NCBI GenBank assembly: GCA_044892525.1
Contig: CM097885.1
Span: forward strand, 201,934,001-201,998,000
Direction of reading: 5' to 3'
Origin: Schmidtea polychroa
Lineage: Eukaryota
DNA length: 64,000 nucleotides
This document shows, piece after piece, positions 1 through 14,700 of the stretch. How positions within the stretch are numbered: the stretch's first letter is position 1; the number at the start of each line of letters is the position of its first letter. A program made the translations under genes and the position numbers. The notes beneath the pieces were generated by a model. The model worked only from the letters and a program-made list of their open reading frames with translations, was not told the origin of the DNA and did no database searches.

Positions 1-1027
1 TCTAGTGGATTTGTTTTGCAGAGTACCCAATAAAAGACACAATAAAAATTAAGATATATTTTATGTTTAATTCTCATTGATGATAGAGCAAAGTTGATAT
101 TTCTTTTTGTATACAATCAGCAATACTACTTGACAATTTAGTGCCGTAAACTTATTCTGTATCATTAATTCTCCCAATTTATCTATATAATCTTTTTGTC
201 ACTTGTCACGAAATCGCTACTTCGGGCTTTGTTGTATTTATCCCCTTTAAAGTCTTTCACCCACATTTCTCCCATCATTCCGTTATTTCCTTATTCGCCT
301 GAACATATATATCACTACTTTTGTCTTTCTCATCTTGATACACTTGTATACCAATACTTCCACTTTCCATTGTCTCTTTTAGCTCGAATGATCCCATTTC
401 ATTGAGAATTGTTTTTTTACCTTCTACGCATTGAAACCTTTATAACTTTGTGATTGTCATACTCTTTTTCTACCTCACAAGCCTAATATAACTATTTCTT
501 CCAAAATCCCTTTTCTTCAGGCAAACATTAAATACATTTTGGAAATTTTTCTCCTTTAGCAAGATTTCCTGAATTACCTACTAAAACTTCATCGCCAGTT
601 TATCTTCTTAATATAGTTGTTGTAGTAATTTAGAAAATAATTATTCGTTATTTTTATTATTATATTGTTGATATCGGCTGTTGAGGCAGTTTCTAGACTC
701 CAGTAGATTCACCTTTAAAATCTGTTTCGGGACTGGTGAGATGTATGTGTGTTCAAATCGTATGTAGGTGAGTGCAGATTTATTGATACAATTTACTATA
801 AAAATATAACAAAACAACTAAATTTATTTAACGTTTTTTAAAATAATCACAATTAAATAATCACCTTATAATTATGATCCCAAACAATTCTCGTGAATAA
901 AATCATAAAAAATCATATTCTTAAATCTTTTGTATTATTCATTTCTAGTATTTTTTTCTCCAATGCTCATATTGATTTGTAGATTGATTTATTATTATTT
1001 TCTTTATTTTAGATTTTTTTGTCCAAT

Positions 1028-4000
1028 TGTTAGGTTCTGATCCGGTGGAATAGATATTTCCTAACACAGACTGATATATCTGACTCCAAAGATATATATT
1101 ATATGTGCATGTAATAAATAAAAATATGAATTAACGAAGATAAGATATTTTTCAAAAGATTTATTCAATATGCACAATATATGTAATATACCCAAAAATG
1201 CCGCTGATTCTATAAAGCAAAGGAATCGGTTATACAAACCGTCCTCAGATTAAGAAACAAATTTAATTGCTAATATCTTGCCTGACAGCTGTTCTCTGCA
1301 AATCGATTTGTAATCAATAATGATTAAACGTAGAACAGAATTTTCTATTTTTCGTGTAAAAGTTCAACTTATTTATATTGATTATTTCTTATATTATTTA
1401 TTTATAGTAATTATATATTACTAATTATACATATAAATTTATTTATAAATTACTTAATATAGTATTTTACCTCTATTTTATATTAAGAGTAATTATTTGT
1501 TCTAACTATAGTAATTACTTATATTCCTAACTTATTTATAGTAATTTTAGAATTATTTTTAGTAATTATTATTATTATAACAATCATCCTAGCCTTTATA
1601 TGTCTAATGCAATTGCTCCCTGAACGAGCCCAACCCAAACACAATAACGGACAACAGCAAAATAATTATAAAATAATAAAAATAAAAAATCACATGCAAC
1701 ACAATAGTTAATCTTTTGTCACATAATTGTCCCCTTTTACCATCAATATCAATGTCACTTTTATAACTTTTTTTTCCTATTTATTTGACTTCTTTATCTT
1801 TATTACCAACTAGAATAGCAAACCTATCTCCAGTTACCCCAGTAACTCCAATATCATCTTTTCTCTGGGAAATGCAATAAAACCGAATTCTCTTTAATTC
1901 CTTGCTTACTTGTTTTAGCCACAATCATAATATATTTTTATCAATTCATCCCCATAAAGCATCGTTCATAGCTCTTTTCCTTTATTATCATTGATCTTGA
2001 TTTTTGGCCAGTTTCTTTTGTCATTTTTTAAATATTCAAGACCTTTCCACCACACTTCATTATTAATTCATTCTTTTGCTGACAGTCCTCTCAATATGAA
2101 ATCAGTTGGGTTAATACTTGTGAGTACATAGTTCCACTTACTCATATTCGTACTTTCCTGTCTAAACCCGACTCGGTTGGTGACACACGATTTAAGCAAC
2201 ATTGTGTAGTTTTTAATCCAATAAATCACGTCTTGACTGCCTGACCAAACCCAAATTTCATTCATTGGTTCGCCTATAATCATTGAAATTCTTTTAGCCA
2301 ATTTAACTCCAACACATCAAAAAGTCAAATCACAGAACGCTTATTATTTGAACTGGAGCTACCTTAATCCTTGATGCAATCAAAATGCTTTTATATCCAG
2401 TTTATGTTTTCCTGTAAATATATTACTGATCCATAGTCGTAGTCAAAACATCGAAAAATACATTAAACTCCCAATCATTAACCCTTTGCTTCTCAAGCAT
2501 TTTCAACTCACTCGCTTACTTCTTTATTTGATTCCTGCGAAAACCGTTCGTCCCACTAAAGTTCTAATAACCATAACGTGTGTACTATCATCTTTCCCCG
2601 AATAATGAAGAGGTCAATTATTCCTATTGGATCAAAGATTCTTGCCACAATACTTAGGACCTTCCGTTTATATAAGTATTCATTCTTAGGCAGCAAATTA
2701 TTTTCACTTCAAAACACCTGTCAACCTCTTGTAAGGTGTCCATGGTCTTATCATAAACGTTCTTATTAAGTTTTTAGAACTCCGCTTCCTTTAATTCAAT
2801 GTCGTCAATTTTCCACAGCCATTTCATCTACTCCTCCAATACATCATCTTGACTAAATAACGTTCTAATGAAATTGCTTTGATGGTTCCATAATGTTCCA
2901 ACCGATGAGATTCAGACAAAGGTTCAACCAAGTAGAGTTAATCTAGCAAAGGGCTCACTTATTTCCCCACCCACCTCTATCAACGATCTCTGTAGTTTCA
3001 CGCAGTCAACCCCAATCAGTACATCCACCGGCTGTCGCTCATCCATAATAGAAAATGAATATTTCTTAGATGATTCCGCGATGAATTAATTTCTCATTCT
3101 TTGATCATAACAAATCAAATTAATTTTTATTCGCTTCGTAGTCATTTTTTGAACATTCCCACCGATGACACTCACTGTCGTTATTTTGTCTTTCCCTTAT
3201 AACTCCAATACTTCTAATACTTTCTGGTTTACATAGCTGACTGAACTGGCACCTGCAAGTAAGGCATTTACTTTAATTTTCTTGTGCTCATTTTCGAAAA
3301 AATATGGAATAGTCCTAAAGCTAATGTAATTCCGTTCCACTCCGTTTTTGTATTCCGTTTTCACTACCATTAATGTTTTCTTTTGAGTAGTTTTCACTTG
3401 GTTTTCATGTAATAAACTGCTATGTTTTCTTCGACAGTCTGTGACTCTAAAGAAGGATAGTTAAGAACAACCCTTTACCATATACAAATGCTTCAAACAA
3501 TTAAAGCATATCTTTGTGTCACGCATAAACCCCAACCTTTTTTCCCAATGGCCAATCACTGAAAACTTTACATTGATCTACACAATGGTCCTTCTTGTCC
3601 TTTAAACATTCTAATCGTGACCTTGTTGGCCCATTGACGCCTTATTTCGCTGTTGCCCTTTGCTTCCATTTGTGTGAGAAGTGTTTGAACCCTTTGTCTT
3701 GGATTGTCAACCATTTATTTTTTAAGATTTGAGCGTGGTTCATAAATCCTATTCTGCTCGTTCTCAATTCCATACAGCATTTCCTTCGTTGATCTCATTA
3801 GTTCAACTTATAGTTGAAGCCACTTCCTAAACTTCTCAAAACACTCATTTGATCTGTCTGAACTACTTCTTTCGTTCCAATTTAACAGCAAAAGACATGA
3901 TAATGTCTTGAGGCATATCTGAAGCAGATATTCACTCTTTAGCTCGTTCTTTCGACCTGCTGTTTTTAATCACACTCCCATAATCTCTAATGTTCCGATC

Positions 4001-4250
4001 AACTCTTCTTGATCTTTCAATTCTTTGTCTCGTGTTCGTCGGAACCTGTCGATCTGATCCATAATCGCCAAATAAACTCTTTCATTGGCACCATATCGCC
4101 TCTTATTTCTCTTTTGCCACTTTGTAGGCTTCTGATGAATAGTTCAGATTTTCAATCAACTTAAGTGGCTATTCTTTCAAGTAACTCCTTAAATGCAGGC
4201 ATTTTTCTTTCATTTCTCTCTCGGTATCGTCAATTCACGCACCATGATTC
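1028..4250 (-). mobile_element. Degenerate BEL/Pao LTR retrotransposon (gag DUF1759-like, CCHC knuckle, protease, RT end/RNase H, integrase tail, putative 3' LTR 1028-1723)
   Basis: Minus-strand peptides, interrupted by stops and frameshifts: RYGANERVYLAIMDQIDRF; ICFNCLKHLYMVKGC..CRRKHSSLLHE; VNALLAGAS (protease, D lost); KRKVLSIVARIFDPIGII; IWVWSGSQDVIYWI..NRVG..NPTDFILRGLS..WWKG (Pao RNase H). A purine tract AAAAGGGGAC precedes a TGTGAC...CCTAACA LTR-like segment. Confidence 0.85.
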
Positions 4251-4318
4251 ATTTGTTTTTCATCAAAGATCTGAATTGTAAGTGGTTTGACATGACTTTA
4301 TTTCTTTTTTTCATTTAT

Positions 4319-4687
4319 CTATTTCCAACCACATTTGCATTTGATAACATGAGCTCCTCTACTTTCGTACCGCTCAACCTCTTTCTTCATCTGATCTTGA
4401 TATATTTGCAGTGAGTCCTGCCCACCTGGTGCACTAATTTCGTTCAAAAGCTTGTTCCGAAGATTTGTATATCTGTATCGTGCGTCGTTTCCTCCTTTCA
4501 AATTCATTAGCAGAAGTATAGTCGACCCCCGTTTTATGATATAATCATTCAAAGTACAACCATTGTTCAATTGTTTTCCGGTGAAACTTAGTTGCAGTCA
4601 ATCTGGTGGAATTCCTTCTTTATTTTCAATAATATCACTTGATTCTATTTTTAGTTATGGTTATCCCTGAGATAGTTCTAATGAATA
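4319..4687 (-). pseudogene. Ubiquitin-like domain (ends LKGG) fused to a ~56-aa C-terminal extension; disrupted
   Basis: [65 protein letters not shown] aligns by eye to ubiquitin. It has a frameshift, a small deletion and an in-frame stop. An acceptor-like TTTTAAG precedes 4687. Confidence 0.7.
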
Positions 4688-5197
4688 CTTAAAAAAAATA
4701 CTGAGGCATATAACAGAAATCTTTCAAATTTTCCAAATATATCTAAGAGCTGGATACCGAACAACTACCTTCATTTACACCTACGCAAGTGAGACCTTTC
4801 CACACCTCCAAAATCGTTTCCTTAGGGTAAATATCTGCAAAACAGTGTCATACTGTTCAATAATTCTGGTAAACTCACAGTTGCGGTTAATGTCATATGT
4901 CGTAACATCCTTTCTTTCAAACGTGTGCACAATTATGCTCATAAATCCTTAAATATTTCGTTCATAAAATTTACAAAATAAGGTAACACATCCATTTAAC
5001 TAACCTTTAAACTCAGAAAAGGGAGGGTGTTTAAAACTGAAACAATAATTCTCAAAATCAATATAAATCACATAAAGTTCTTAAGTTCTTAAAGTTGGTA
5101 TTGTGAGGCTAAATCATATTGAAGAGCCCCTCACTTGGGCTATCATCAGTTTCATTGGTGTGTGGGCCCCAAAGTGAACCGCGCCCTGCTACCATGT

Positions 5198-5620
5198 TTA
5201 ATTTTCATTGATTGTGGAGCCAAAGTGCATATTTCCTTTTGCAATCGACCTGCAATACCAGGTTACATTGTCGAACAATCTGATAAAACTAGAAAACTGT
5301 ATAAATCTTTATGAATATTCACATCCCATTTAATCATGCTGTTATAAATCGTCTCATGAATATCAGCAGTTTCCATTCCGAAGAATGATTGCTGGAACAA
5401 AACTTTTGAACATCTGAATTTTCCATATTCAATGGTGATAACTTGATCATCTGGTAGTTCATAATTCTTTTCAAGTAACGATGGAAAAGCATCAGTTTGC
5501 AATTTTTGTCAAAATCAAAATCAATGTAATAAAATTTTCTTTAATATATCGAACAATTTCTGTTTTGGCTAAATCAATTTGACCAATACCATGAGGTAGA
5601 TCCAACATATAGTTATATTG
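5198..5620 (-). pseudogene. act: Actin pseudogene fragment (about residues 170-328, intronless, internal deletion)
   Basis: LPHGIGQIDLA|KTEIVRYIKE; [89 protein letters not shown]. This is clear actin similarity with a stop, a frameshift and about 24 codons missing. Confidence 0.88.
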
Positions 5621-8600
5621 GATTCATAGCAATCATAATCATAAACATATTCATAAATTAAGGACAATAACTTGAAAAATGTTCATTATTCGAAATAATT
5701 TTTCTACCACTTTCCCACTTCCTAAATAAAATGTTTTATTCATTAAAACATTAAATTTTTACACGCAGGCAAGTTTGTGTGTTTTGATATTATAACTTTA
5801 TTGAATTATTTAGATTATATGAGTTTATATTCATTGGAAATAGATGCAACAATCACAAACATCCAACTGATCGGTGTGTGCAAAGTCATTGTGGGCACAT
5901 AGACGCGAGTAGTTGTAATTAACCACTTTATATAAACAAAAATTAAATATATAAAAATTAATTATATAAACGAAGAATTTGAAGAAAAAATTTAAACAAT
6001 TTCAATTTCAATATTTTGTGCCACCTATCTTAAATATTTTAAATTAACTCCTAAATATTTTTGCAAAATTCTATTTCATTTAGCTGTCTTACATTGAACT
6101 AGAAGTCGTAACTCTTTATCAATTCCACAATCTTTTAATGGATACATAAAGAATTTCCAAGCCAAATGCCTTTTCCTAGTTTTTAACAATTTCCATTTGA
6201 AGGCAAATGTCTTGCAACTTTTTCAAGATTTAATTAGTTTAAAAACCTTTCTTGGACTTAACTACTGGAGTTTATTTATTACTTGAATCACAGAAAACAC
6301 AACATGGTCATTTTTCTTTTGATGCAAAACATGTTCTCTTATTCTTCCGCTTTTAGTTTCATATCCTGAAGTGCTTTACCATAAAGACCCTTTGACAAAT
6401 CATGAAAATTGTATATCTGTAAAGGCATACTATTTAGAATTATTCAGATTCAAGTGTCTGGGCCAAAATATACTTTATAGCAGAGTTCTATTTTGGGTCT
6501 TCAAATAAAGAATCGACTGTTTTAATGTTCTTTCACAGTCATGCTTCCATTTCTGACTAATGTTTGTAATCTGAACTAGTTATGGCCTTTTCCCTATTAA
6601 CTTGATAAAAAATAAAAAATAATAATTGCCTGTGTTACAGATATAACAAATTTATTTGGCACTTTTTATCCACCGGAACGTGGGAATTTAAAATTTCGGG
6701 ATTCAAATAGATATTTAGGAAATGATTTTGTGAGAGGTACCATTCTGCATGGAAATTGTTAATTCTGTAAATAGTGACAAAAAACTTCTGCGAAGAAGTC
6801 AATCTGAAATTGCTTGTGTAGCGGTACCTTTTTGATTGAATCAAGGAAGTCGGACCAAAACTTAAGTCTCTGACGTACTGCAGAGGTGCTTGATGGCTAA
6901 TTCGCCTATAACAGAATGGAATAGCAAAACTCAAAATGAGGACTTTGTATTGGGTAATGTGTTAGTAAGTTTTGTTTGAATAGTAGCTTTGTATCGTTGA
7001 GAAGATTTGAAATCTGAAATCCAAAGTTTAATTCCATGTCACACGATGTCTGAAGTGTCCAGAAAAAATTACTAGAACTGTTCTTGGTAGTGAGGTGTAG
7101 GAATGAGTTGGCTTATGTTGGAATGTTCAGAAAGGTCTGTTTAGCACTTTTTTACTTAACTCGTTTAATGTGATTTTTAATAAATTAAATCAAATTTGTT
7201 TTGTTTATTTTCAATCATTTTTAATATATTTAAATAAAGTTTATAAATTCATAAATACGTATTTCTAATTCATTTATTTGCATCTTATTTTTTGCGGCTA
7301 GTAAGCAAAAAATAAATGACACTTTACACCAGAAAAGTTTGCGATTAATGAATGCCTTTTTTAATTTAATCATTCGAATGTTGTTTTGTCAGTAGTTTGT
7401 GGCCATAAATAAAGAGTGTGCCACTTGATAAAGACTATGCCAAAATAACGTGTACCTTATATATTATTTTATCTATAGTCTTACTAATATTGATAAGAAT
7501 AATTGAACCAATTGAAAATTCATCAAAACTAGAGTCAACTTTTTATAACTAAGACAAGGTTGTTGCTGCAATGGATTCAATGTCATTCTGAATGAGAATA
7601 ATTCTGATGTATTTGATGGTGGGAGTTGTAAGCAATCTTATGAGGAATTATATGATAAATATAATATTGGGTGCTTTGAATTACATTTATCTAATCAATG
7701 TTGTCAAATTAACACAAAATCGTGCTTAAAATAGACACTGAACTGAAATGGTACAGATTTTACAAAGTATCAAGGACACAAAATTAAGTTTATATTTTTA
7801 AAGTTCTTTGGTTCTTTTTATATCCTAGGGCGCCAAATACTTGAAAGTGCACAACCAGACCAAAATTTATTGTGTCAAACAGGTTTGCGGATAGTACATC
7901 GAAGAACTATTTATCTAAATACTGTATCAAGTTCACTGTTCATCGCAGGACATTTGATCAAAATCTATTTATCACTATTTCAACCAAAGGTCTCAAGAGA
8001 TATTTTTTAAAAATATAATCATTTTTATCCAAATAACTTTCTGACTTAATGATTGTTAAATTAAATTTGTGGTATCTTTCTCCACCTCGAGGCTACTCCT
8101 GGATCTATTCTTATTATTAGGCGTGTTTTGACATCTTAAAGACTTTTTAATATTTATGAGAATTACTCATTAAACATTTATGATGCAAACAAAAATAATT
8201 TAAGTACAAGTAGAAGAAAAAAGAGAAGTTTTCGACTGAAAGTATTCACAACGAGTTGGCATGTTATTTAAACTTATATAAGTAAGTTTGGCACTATACA
8301 ATATAAAATGATAAATTTTAATTAATGATAAAACTGACATCTTAGTATAGATCATAAAGTAGTCTATATACCTTATCATATCAATATTTGGTACATATAG
8401 CAGTCGACTTGCACATCACATCACTCCAGCGCAAATGGTTAAGGTCAACTAAAAATAATTGAATAAACTAAATAATATTTCAAGATTTCTTATTAAAATA
8501 TTGTTTTGAAATTTTATTTAGATTACAATTCTAGATCAATTCTTCATATTTTCGATAAATTTTTGACACTGCCTTTTCCAAGTATTCATTGATCTATAGT

Positions 8601-8667
8601 CGAAAACTAAATGAAAATAAATGAAATTGTAAATAAAATCAAATCAAAGGTAATGAAAAAGATTTAA

Positions 8668-8812
8668 NNNNNNNNNNNNNNNNNNNNNNNNNNNNNNNNN
8701 NNNNNNNNNNNNNNNNNNNNNNNNNNNNNNNNNNNNNNNNNNNNNNNNNNNNNNNNNNNNNNNNNNNNNNNNNNNNNNNNNNNNNNNNNNNNNNNNNNNN
8801 NNNNNNNNNNNN
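8668..8812. other. Assembly gap (N run)
   Basis: Run of N. Confidence 1.
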
Positions 8813-11408
8813 TAGGCTCCCTTTCGAATAGCTTTGTTTTATAGCCATACAAAAAAATAAAAAAAAAGTTTTTTTTATGATTCATATGAAATAAATAAAT
8901 AAATAAACATGTTGAATTCGACTCGGACTTTGAATGAACGATTTGTAGGTGTTGCTTAAAAAGGCCCCGTGTCAATTATTATTGAACTCATGATTTGATA
9001 GGAACTATAAATTAATTTATTTTCAAATTGAAAATAATTAAAATGAAATTCATCCCTACTTTTCATGCCAAATTTTTCATCGGGCCTTTCATCTACAGCC
9101 TCATAATAGTTTTAAATTATCCTAGAAAACGTTCCGAAAACCTAATTATCCTAATTATACAAATTCTAACTTTTGAAACTTTAATTAAATTAAACTCCCC
9201 TCTTTTCGGGGATTTGAATAAAATGTATTTTTAGTTGTTTTGATTTTTAATAAGAATTAAGGGAATATCAAAACTAGAAAGAAAGGCTTTACATATATTT
9301 TTGTCACTAAATTAGCTGTATAATATATGAATAAAAGCGAAAAGAGCATAATAATAATTAGCATAGGTCATAATTGCCCATATTCAATAGAGATTAAAAT
9401 GAACTGAAGAGAAATAAATTAAGTGATACAGTAGTTAAAGGAAATAATTAGTCTAGGAATAGGTATTATATGTGGAAGATTCCCCAAACATGGATAATTG
9501 TTTTCTAGCAAACATCATTTCAACAACAATAATGATTGTTTGAATGATTCAATAATTGAGGGAAAAGGTCCATAACGGGTTCCTAATTCATGATTAAATT
9601 CACTTACCTCTTCACAGTAATTCGTAATGGAGTCTTACTCACTAATCAAGAATATAATTTCATTTCGATTACTCCCCTCCTCCACTCCCTTCCTACCTTT
9701 CCAACCAAACAAAATCATTACCAATTAATCTAATAGTAAATTAACAAAAAAAAAATTTTATTCCTATTGTTTTAATCGTTAACAACAAAAAATAAAAAAT
9801 TAAACAAAAATTGTTTTAATTGAAAAAAAAATTTCCAATAAATCAAACGGGGTAAAAAAATATTATTTACAATGAATAATTTTTTTCTACCTCAAATAAA
9901 AATTCAATTATAATTTTTTGTCGCTAGAATTTGAGTGAAATAGAAAAACCATTAAAACGCCGAACTTTGGAATAATGATGTGAAAAAAAAACGGGAAAAA
10001 ATATAAATGGAAAAACAACGAAATTTATTAATATGGCGATGAAGTTGAGACTGGGGACAAATTTAATTTTATAAATTCATCAATAGGAAATGTTAATTTA
10101 TCTGCTAAAAACATAAATAGATGTGTATCACTCATTCTACATTCTTTGATGTCGAGCAGAGCGTGCTAGATCAAAGCTTAGAGCGTCACAATCGAGTTAT
10201 GCGTCGATTCTATTCAGAAGGAAAGATCACGAAAATATTTGTTTATACAGTTAGAATAAAACCAGATCAAAGATTTCAGTCCTTTAATTAATTGTATTTT
10301 CTGTTAATGACGATAGACTCATTATTTCTTTTTCTATAAATTTTTGTTCTTCTTATTTATAATAAATTTCTTTTATTAAGAAAAAATCGAAAAAAAAATC
10401 TAATAAAATTTTATACACCAATTTAAACAAATAAAATGATAGATAACTTTCGTTTTATTCCAGTTTTTGGTTTAAAATAAAACAAAAATTTACATTAATT
10501 AATTGAAAAATAGAAAATATAAAATCAATAAAATATTTAATATTTAAATAATTGGGGTTTGAATCTTTTTTTTTCTTGTTAAAACAACGACAAAATATCC
10601 AAGCGGTACGTTTGACCAATAATCTCTCGTGAAATTCTATTGTTTTTATTATTAGTTTTAGGAATGATTGTAATTTTCTTTCCCAGTTTTGTCGCTAGAT
10701 ATCTACGAGCCAATCAAAATCGAAATAGAGATTTCGAATGAGTTCTATTAATTATCTCGCTTGAAATAATATGCAAAAATAAATTCATCAAAAACTGTTT
10801 TTGAGGCTTTGAACTTGAAATTTTTCCGTTTGACTAAGGCAGTTTGAAAAGTTGAAAAAAATTACTTTTTTTCAGAAGCTTTTATCTTGGAAATTGGGCT
10901 CTACTTGAAATTTTTAATTTAATAAATCCATCAAAGATATCATCGATATTGCAGTTATTGTTTTGTCGTTTGTTTTTTCTTTTTGAGAATTTTTTTTCTT
11001 TTTGTTTGGGTTTTCTTTTTATTTCATCTCTATTCTATTTGTTGTGCACGGAAAAAACAATTGAAAATTAAGTAGAGAATCAATGGTGGATGACTATTGT
11101 TTGCAACCAACGGCTATCGATCAAGGTATTCATTTATTATTTATTCGTTTGTGAGGAAATAATTCATTTTTATTTGATCTTCCTCCTTTAATTTTTTGAC
11201 AAGAATGAAATTTTCAGAGTTAATATAATGATCTTTTTTTGGAAATTCTACTAAAATTTGTTTTGTTTATTTATTATTACTTTTCGTCATAAAGTAAGTT
11301 TTTAGTTGAATTTTATAATTTGATTTTTTAAATTTGGTTCTGGTGATTTCCTTTCAGCCTTTTCTTGTTAAATCCCTTTTTATATTTATTTTAAATATTA
11401 ATTTTCCT

Positions 11409-11743
11409 NNNNNNNNNNNNNNNNNNNNNNNNNNNNNNNNNNNNNNNNNNNNNNNNNNNNNNNNNNNNNNNNNNNNNNNNNNNNNNNNNNNNNNNNNNNN
11501 NNNNNNNNNNNNNNNNNNNNNNNNNNNNNNNNNNNNNNNNNNNNNNNNNNNNNNNNNNNNNNNNNNNNNNNNNNNNNNNNNNNNNNNNNNNNNNNNNNNN
11601 NNNNNNNNNNNNNNNNNNNNNNNNNNNNNNNNNNNNNNNNNNNNNNNNNNNNNNNNNNNNNNNNNNNNNNNNNNNNNNNNNNNNNNNNNNNNNNNNNNNN
11701 NNNNNNNNNNNNNNNNNNNNNNNNNNNNNNNNNNNNNNNNNNN
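11409..11743. other. Assembly gap (N run) inside the 5' part of the TCF gene
   Basis: Run of N. Confidence 1.
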
Positions 11744-14700
11744 CAAGTAACAATCAACTATTTTATCCATCAATTTCGGGAAATAACTTGTCCACAATAG
11801 CTCAAACGAATTCTATGTATTCACAAGATATAGCATCATGGAACTCCAACCCACCTTTAGTTGATTATAGGTTGTTTTCCTCAAATAACATGCGATATGG
11901 TCAAAGAAGTGAGTTTTGGTAATAAAATCAAAAGATTTACGACAACCATTATCTTTTTTAGATAATGGAAACTTATCTCCATCGCTTTTATATAATCCAT
12001 TGGTGAATGTTTCCAATAACCATTTGGGTTGTCTCACGGAGTCCCCTTTCACAAATCTTTATGGAAAGCATTCATCTCTAAATCAATACAACTTATTTCA
12101 TAGCACCCCAAATTCTAGTGGCTCCAATCTTAGTTTTCCATCAACAAGGTTATTCTAATATTAAATTAATGATATTATTTTTTTTTTGAATAATTTTATC
12201 TTTCTTTGTAGAAATTCGTTGAGATTCACTTTTGAAGAAAATTCCGAAAAACCGAAAAAGCCACATATCAAAAAACCACTTAATGCATTTATGCTTTTCA
12301 TGAAAGAAATGCGCGCAAAGGTAGTCGCCGAATGTACTTTGAAAGAATCTGCGGCTATTAATCAAATTCTTGGCCGTAGATGGCACGCTCTTTCAAGAGA
12401 AGAGCAGGCCAAATATTATGAAATGGCTCGAAAAGAAAAAGAGCTGCATCACCAATTATATCCCGGTTGGTCTGCAAGAGATAATTATGCTACTCAAATA
12501 AAACGACAAAAAAAGCGACAAGGTTTATCAATGTGTAACACGTCTAAGATAATTAAAGGTACTTATTTCAAAAGATGCTAAGCTGTTGAATTTGTTTTTT
12601 TTAATAAATTAGATCTTTCAAAACGGGATAAGGGAGCTCCAAATAATGCTGGAAATCAATCTTGGGTCAAAAATAGCCCGTATGATTTATAGAATTTTTT
12701 TAATATATTAATCTTTAAAATTTCAATTTAATTACGTTTTAGGTTTTGTTTTAATTTTAACTAAAAACATAAAAATAATTAATTTTATTTACAGTTTATA
12801 GTAGTGTAAATCTGTCTAATGCGAATTATTACGGGCAATAGATTCGGTTCTAGAAAACCTTCACTGTAATTGAAATTTACTCATATTGAGGATCAAGATG
12901 CAATGAGGGCAAAAAAACTTTAGGCCCAAAGGTGTCTTGATTGATTAAGATACTCTCTGTCAAACATGTTAATAATTGCAAAGAATAAGTTTAATAAATA
13001 TTATTTACTCATCAACAGTCACTAAATCTTGATTCAACCATCACAATATATTGGGGAGCTTAGGTGACATAAAATTATTTTATGGTCCGTCCTGCATTTG
13101 ATGAAAAACTTGATAAATTTAGCGTTTCTTCCTTAATACAGGGTCTCCATAAATTTCAAGCGCAATTCAAAATGCTTGTGACTTTGTAAGTATATGTGAT
13201 AGAAAAAACCCTTCAAAAGTACTAGAAAACTTGATGAATCTAGGTTTTGGTCTTTAACACGTTGGCTGCCAATGTATCACCGGTGAACACTTGACCTCTG
13301 TAAATTTTTCGTGAATTTTTCTCTAAAATTTTCTGTAAACATTTTCGTTTTCCCCGCCAATATTTAAAAAACTAGTTGGCATCTCTGATACGCACGATTT
13401 GTTTTAAGACCTGCGATGGTCAGAGAAAAATTTACGAAAAATTTACAGAGGTTAAGTGTTCACTCGTGATACATTGGCAGCCAACGTGTTAAAGATCGAC
13501 TAAGTATTTGTTTGCAAGAGAAGATAACTGATGTGATTGCTGAGATTTATGGAAATCAGTTAGAAAATGTTTTCAGAGAACTACATAATCGTATTCTTTT
13601 TTGGGGGTCAATTTGGAAATTAACAATAACAATAAAAGATTGAAGTGTTTCTTCCTTGCGGTTTTACGGATTCTGCATTAATTGAGTCTAACATGAGTTA
13701 ATTTTGCACAGATGAGATTGTATAAATAATAAAATAATTAGTCAAGAATTTCGATTTAGAACTGTTAGGAGGTTCACTGAATGTTCCACCCTATACATGC
13801 TGTATCAGCTTGCTGAAATTAAGAAAATCCAAACTGGACAAACAAACGAGAGGATAAATAAAAGTGTTACCGGGAATATATTCTTGCCAGCTTGATTGAT
13901 GAGAATGAACTAGGAAAGATTATTGTTAGAACGGGGAATGAGAAAATCATTAATTATTTTATTTTTCGGAAGACGAACAAAAAGCTTTCAAAGAGGAAAT
14001 AATTTTGACCAAAATTTATAGAACTATAAAAAGAAAGTAAGAAGAAAATTGATATATGTTAGGGGGAAAATAAATGAATTAGAGCAGGTTAGGAGATTGA
14101 GAAAGAATTGAAGTTAATTGAAAGGGAAGAAATCAAACAGGTGATGTAGATGGTGCTTTTGTTAAATTTATTAATTTATGTTGGGAGTTTGTTGTCATTT
14201 TTTGAACCCGAGGAGTTGAATATAATAACACAAATTTTAATTAAAATACAACAGGATCTCTGCGTTTCATTGTAAAAAATCAAAAAAAGACTTGTTGAAT
14301 TTGATGAGGAAAATGTCTCAGTAATTAGTGTCAATTTAAATATTTTAAAGGCATAAAAACTAAAATATTAATAAATCAGAAAACAATTGGATTCTATTTT
14401 AAATAATTACTCCAGCGGTATAAGCATCCCCAAACAATACGACACTCTTGGCCAGTGTTTCTCAGACTTTTTTCGCTTGCAGCACACTAAAAAATTTAGA
14501 AAAGCTCGTGGTACACCTGCCCAAAAATCAAATATTTTTACAATTTTTTTGACTTTCCAATGATATATAAAAAAGCTGCTTTTTAGTCTATACTAATTAA
14601 ATATGATTACGAGAAAGTTTTATAAGGTAATAAAGACAATATTTGATACACAGAAGCGACTTTTTCATAGTAAAAAGCTTAATATAGTTTTTGTAAATTT

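Noticed and set aside
6635-7140. 99-aa minus-strand ORF in GC-richer DNA
   Set aside because: No recognisable motif or splice context; cannot be supported.
10007-10290. GC-richer segment as a TCF beta-catenin-binding first exon or C-clamp (CRAERAR)
   Set aside because: All frames close quickly, no convincing motif or donor, and it lies upstream of the HMG box.
11334-11797. Long ORFs at 8639-8975 and 11334-11797
   Set aside because: Artefacts of N runs.
13139-13792. Possible Tc1/mariner MITE (TA-CAGGGT ... ACCCTA-TA)
   Set aside because: Terminal match is only about 6-7 bp.
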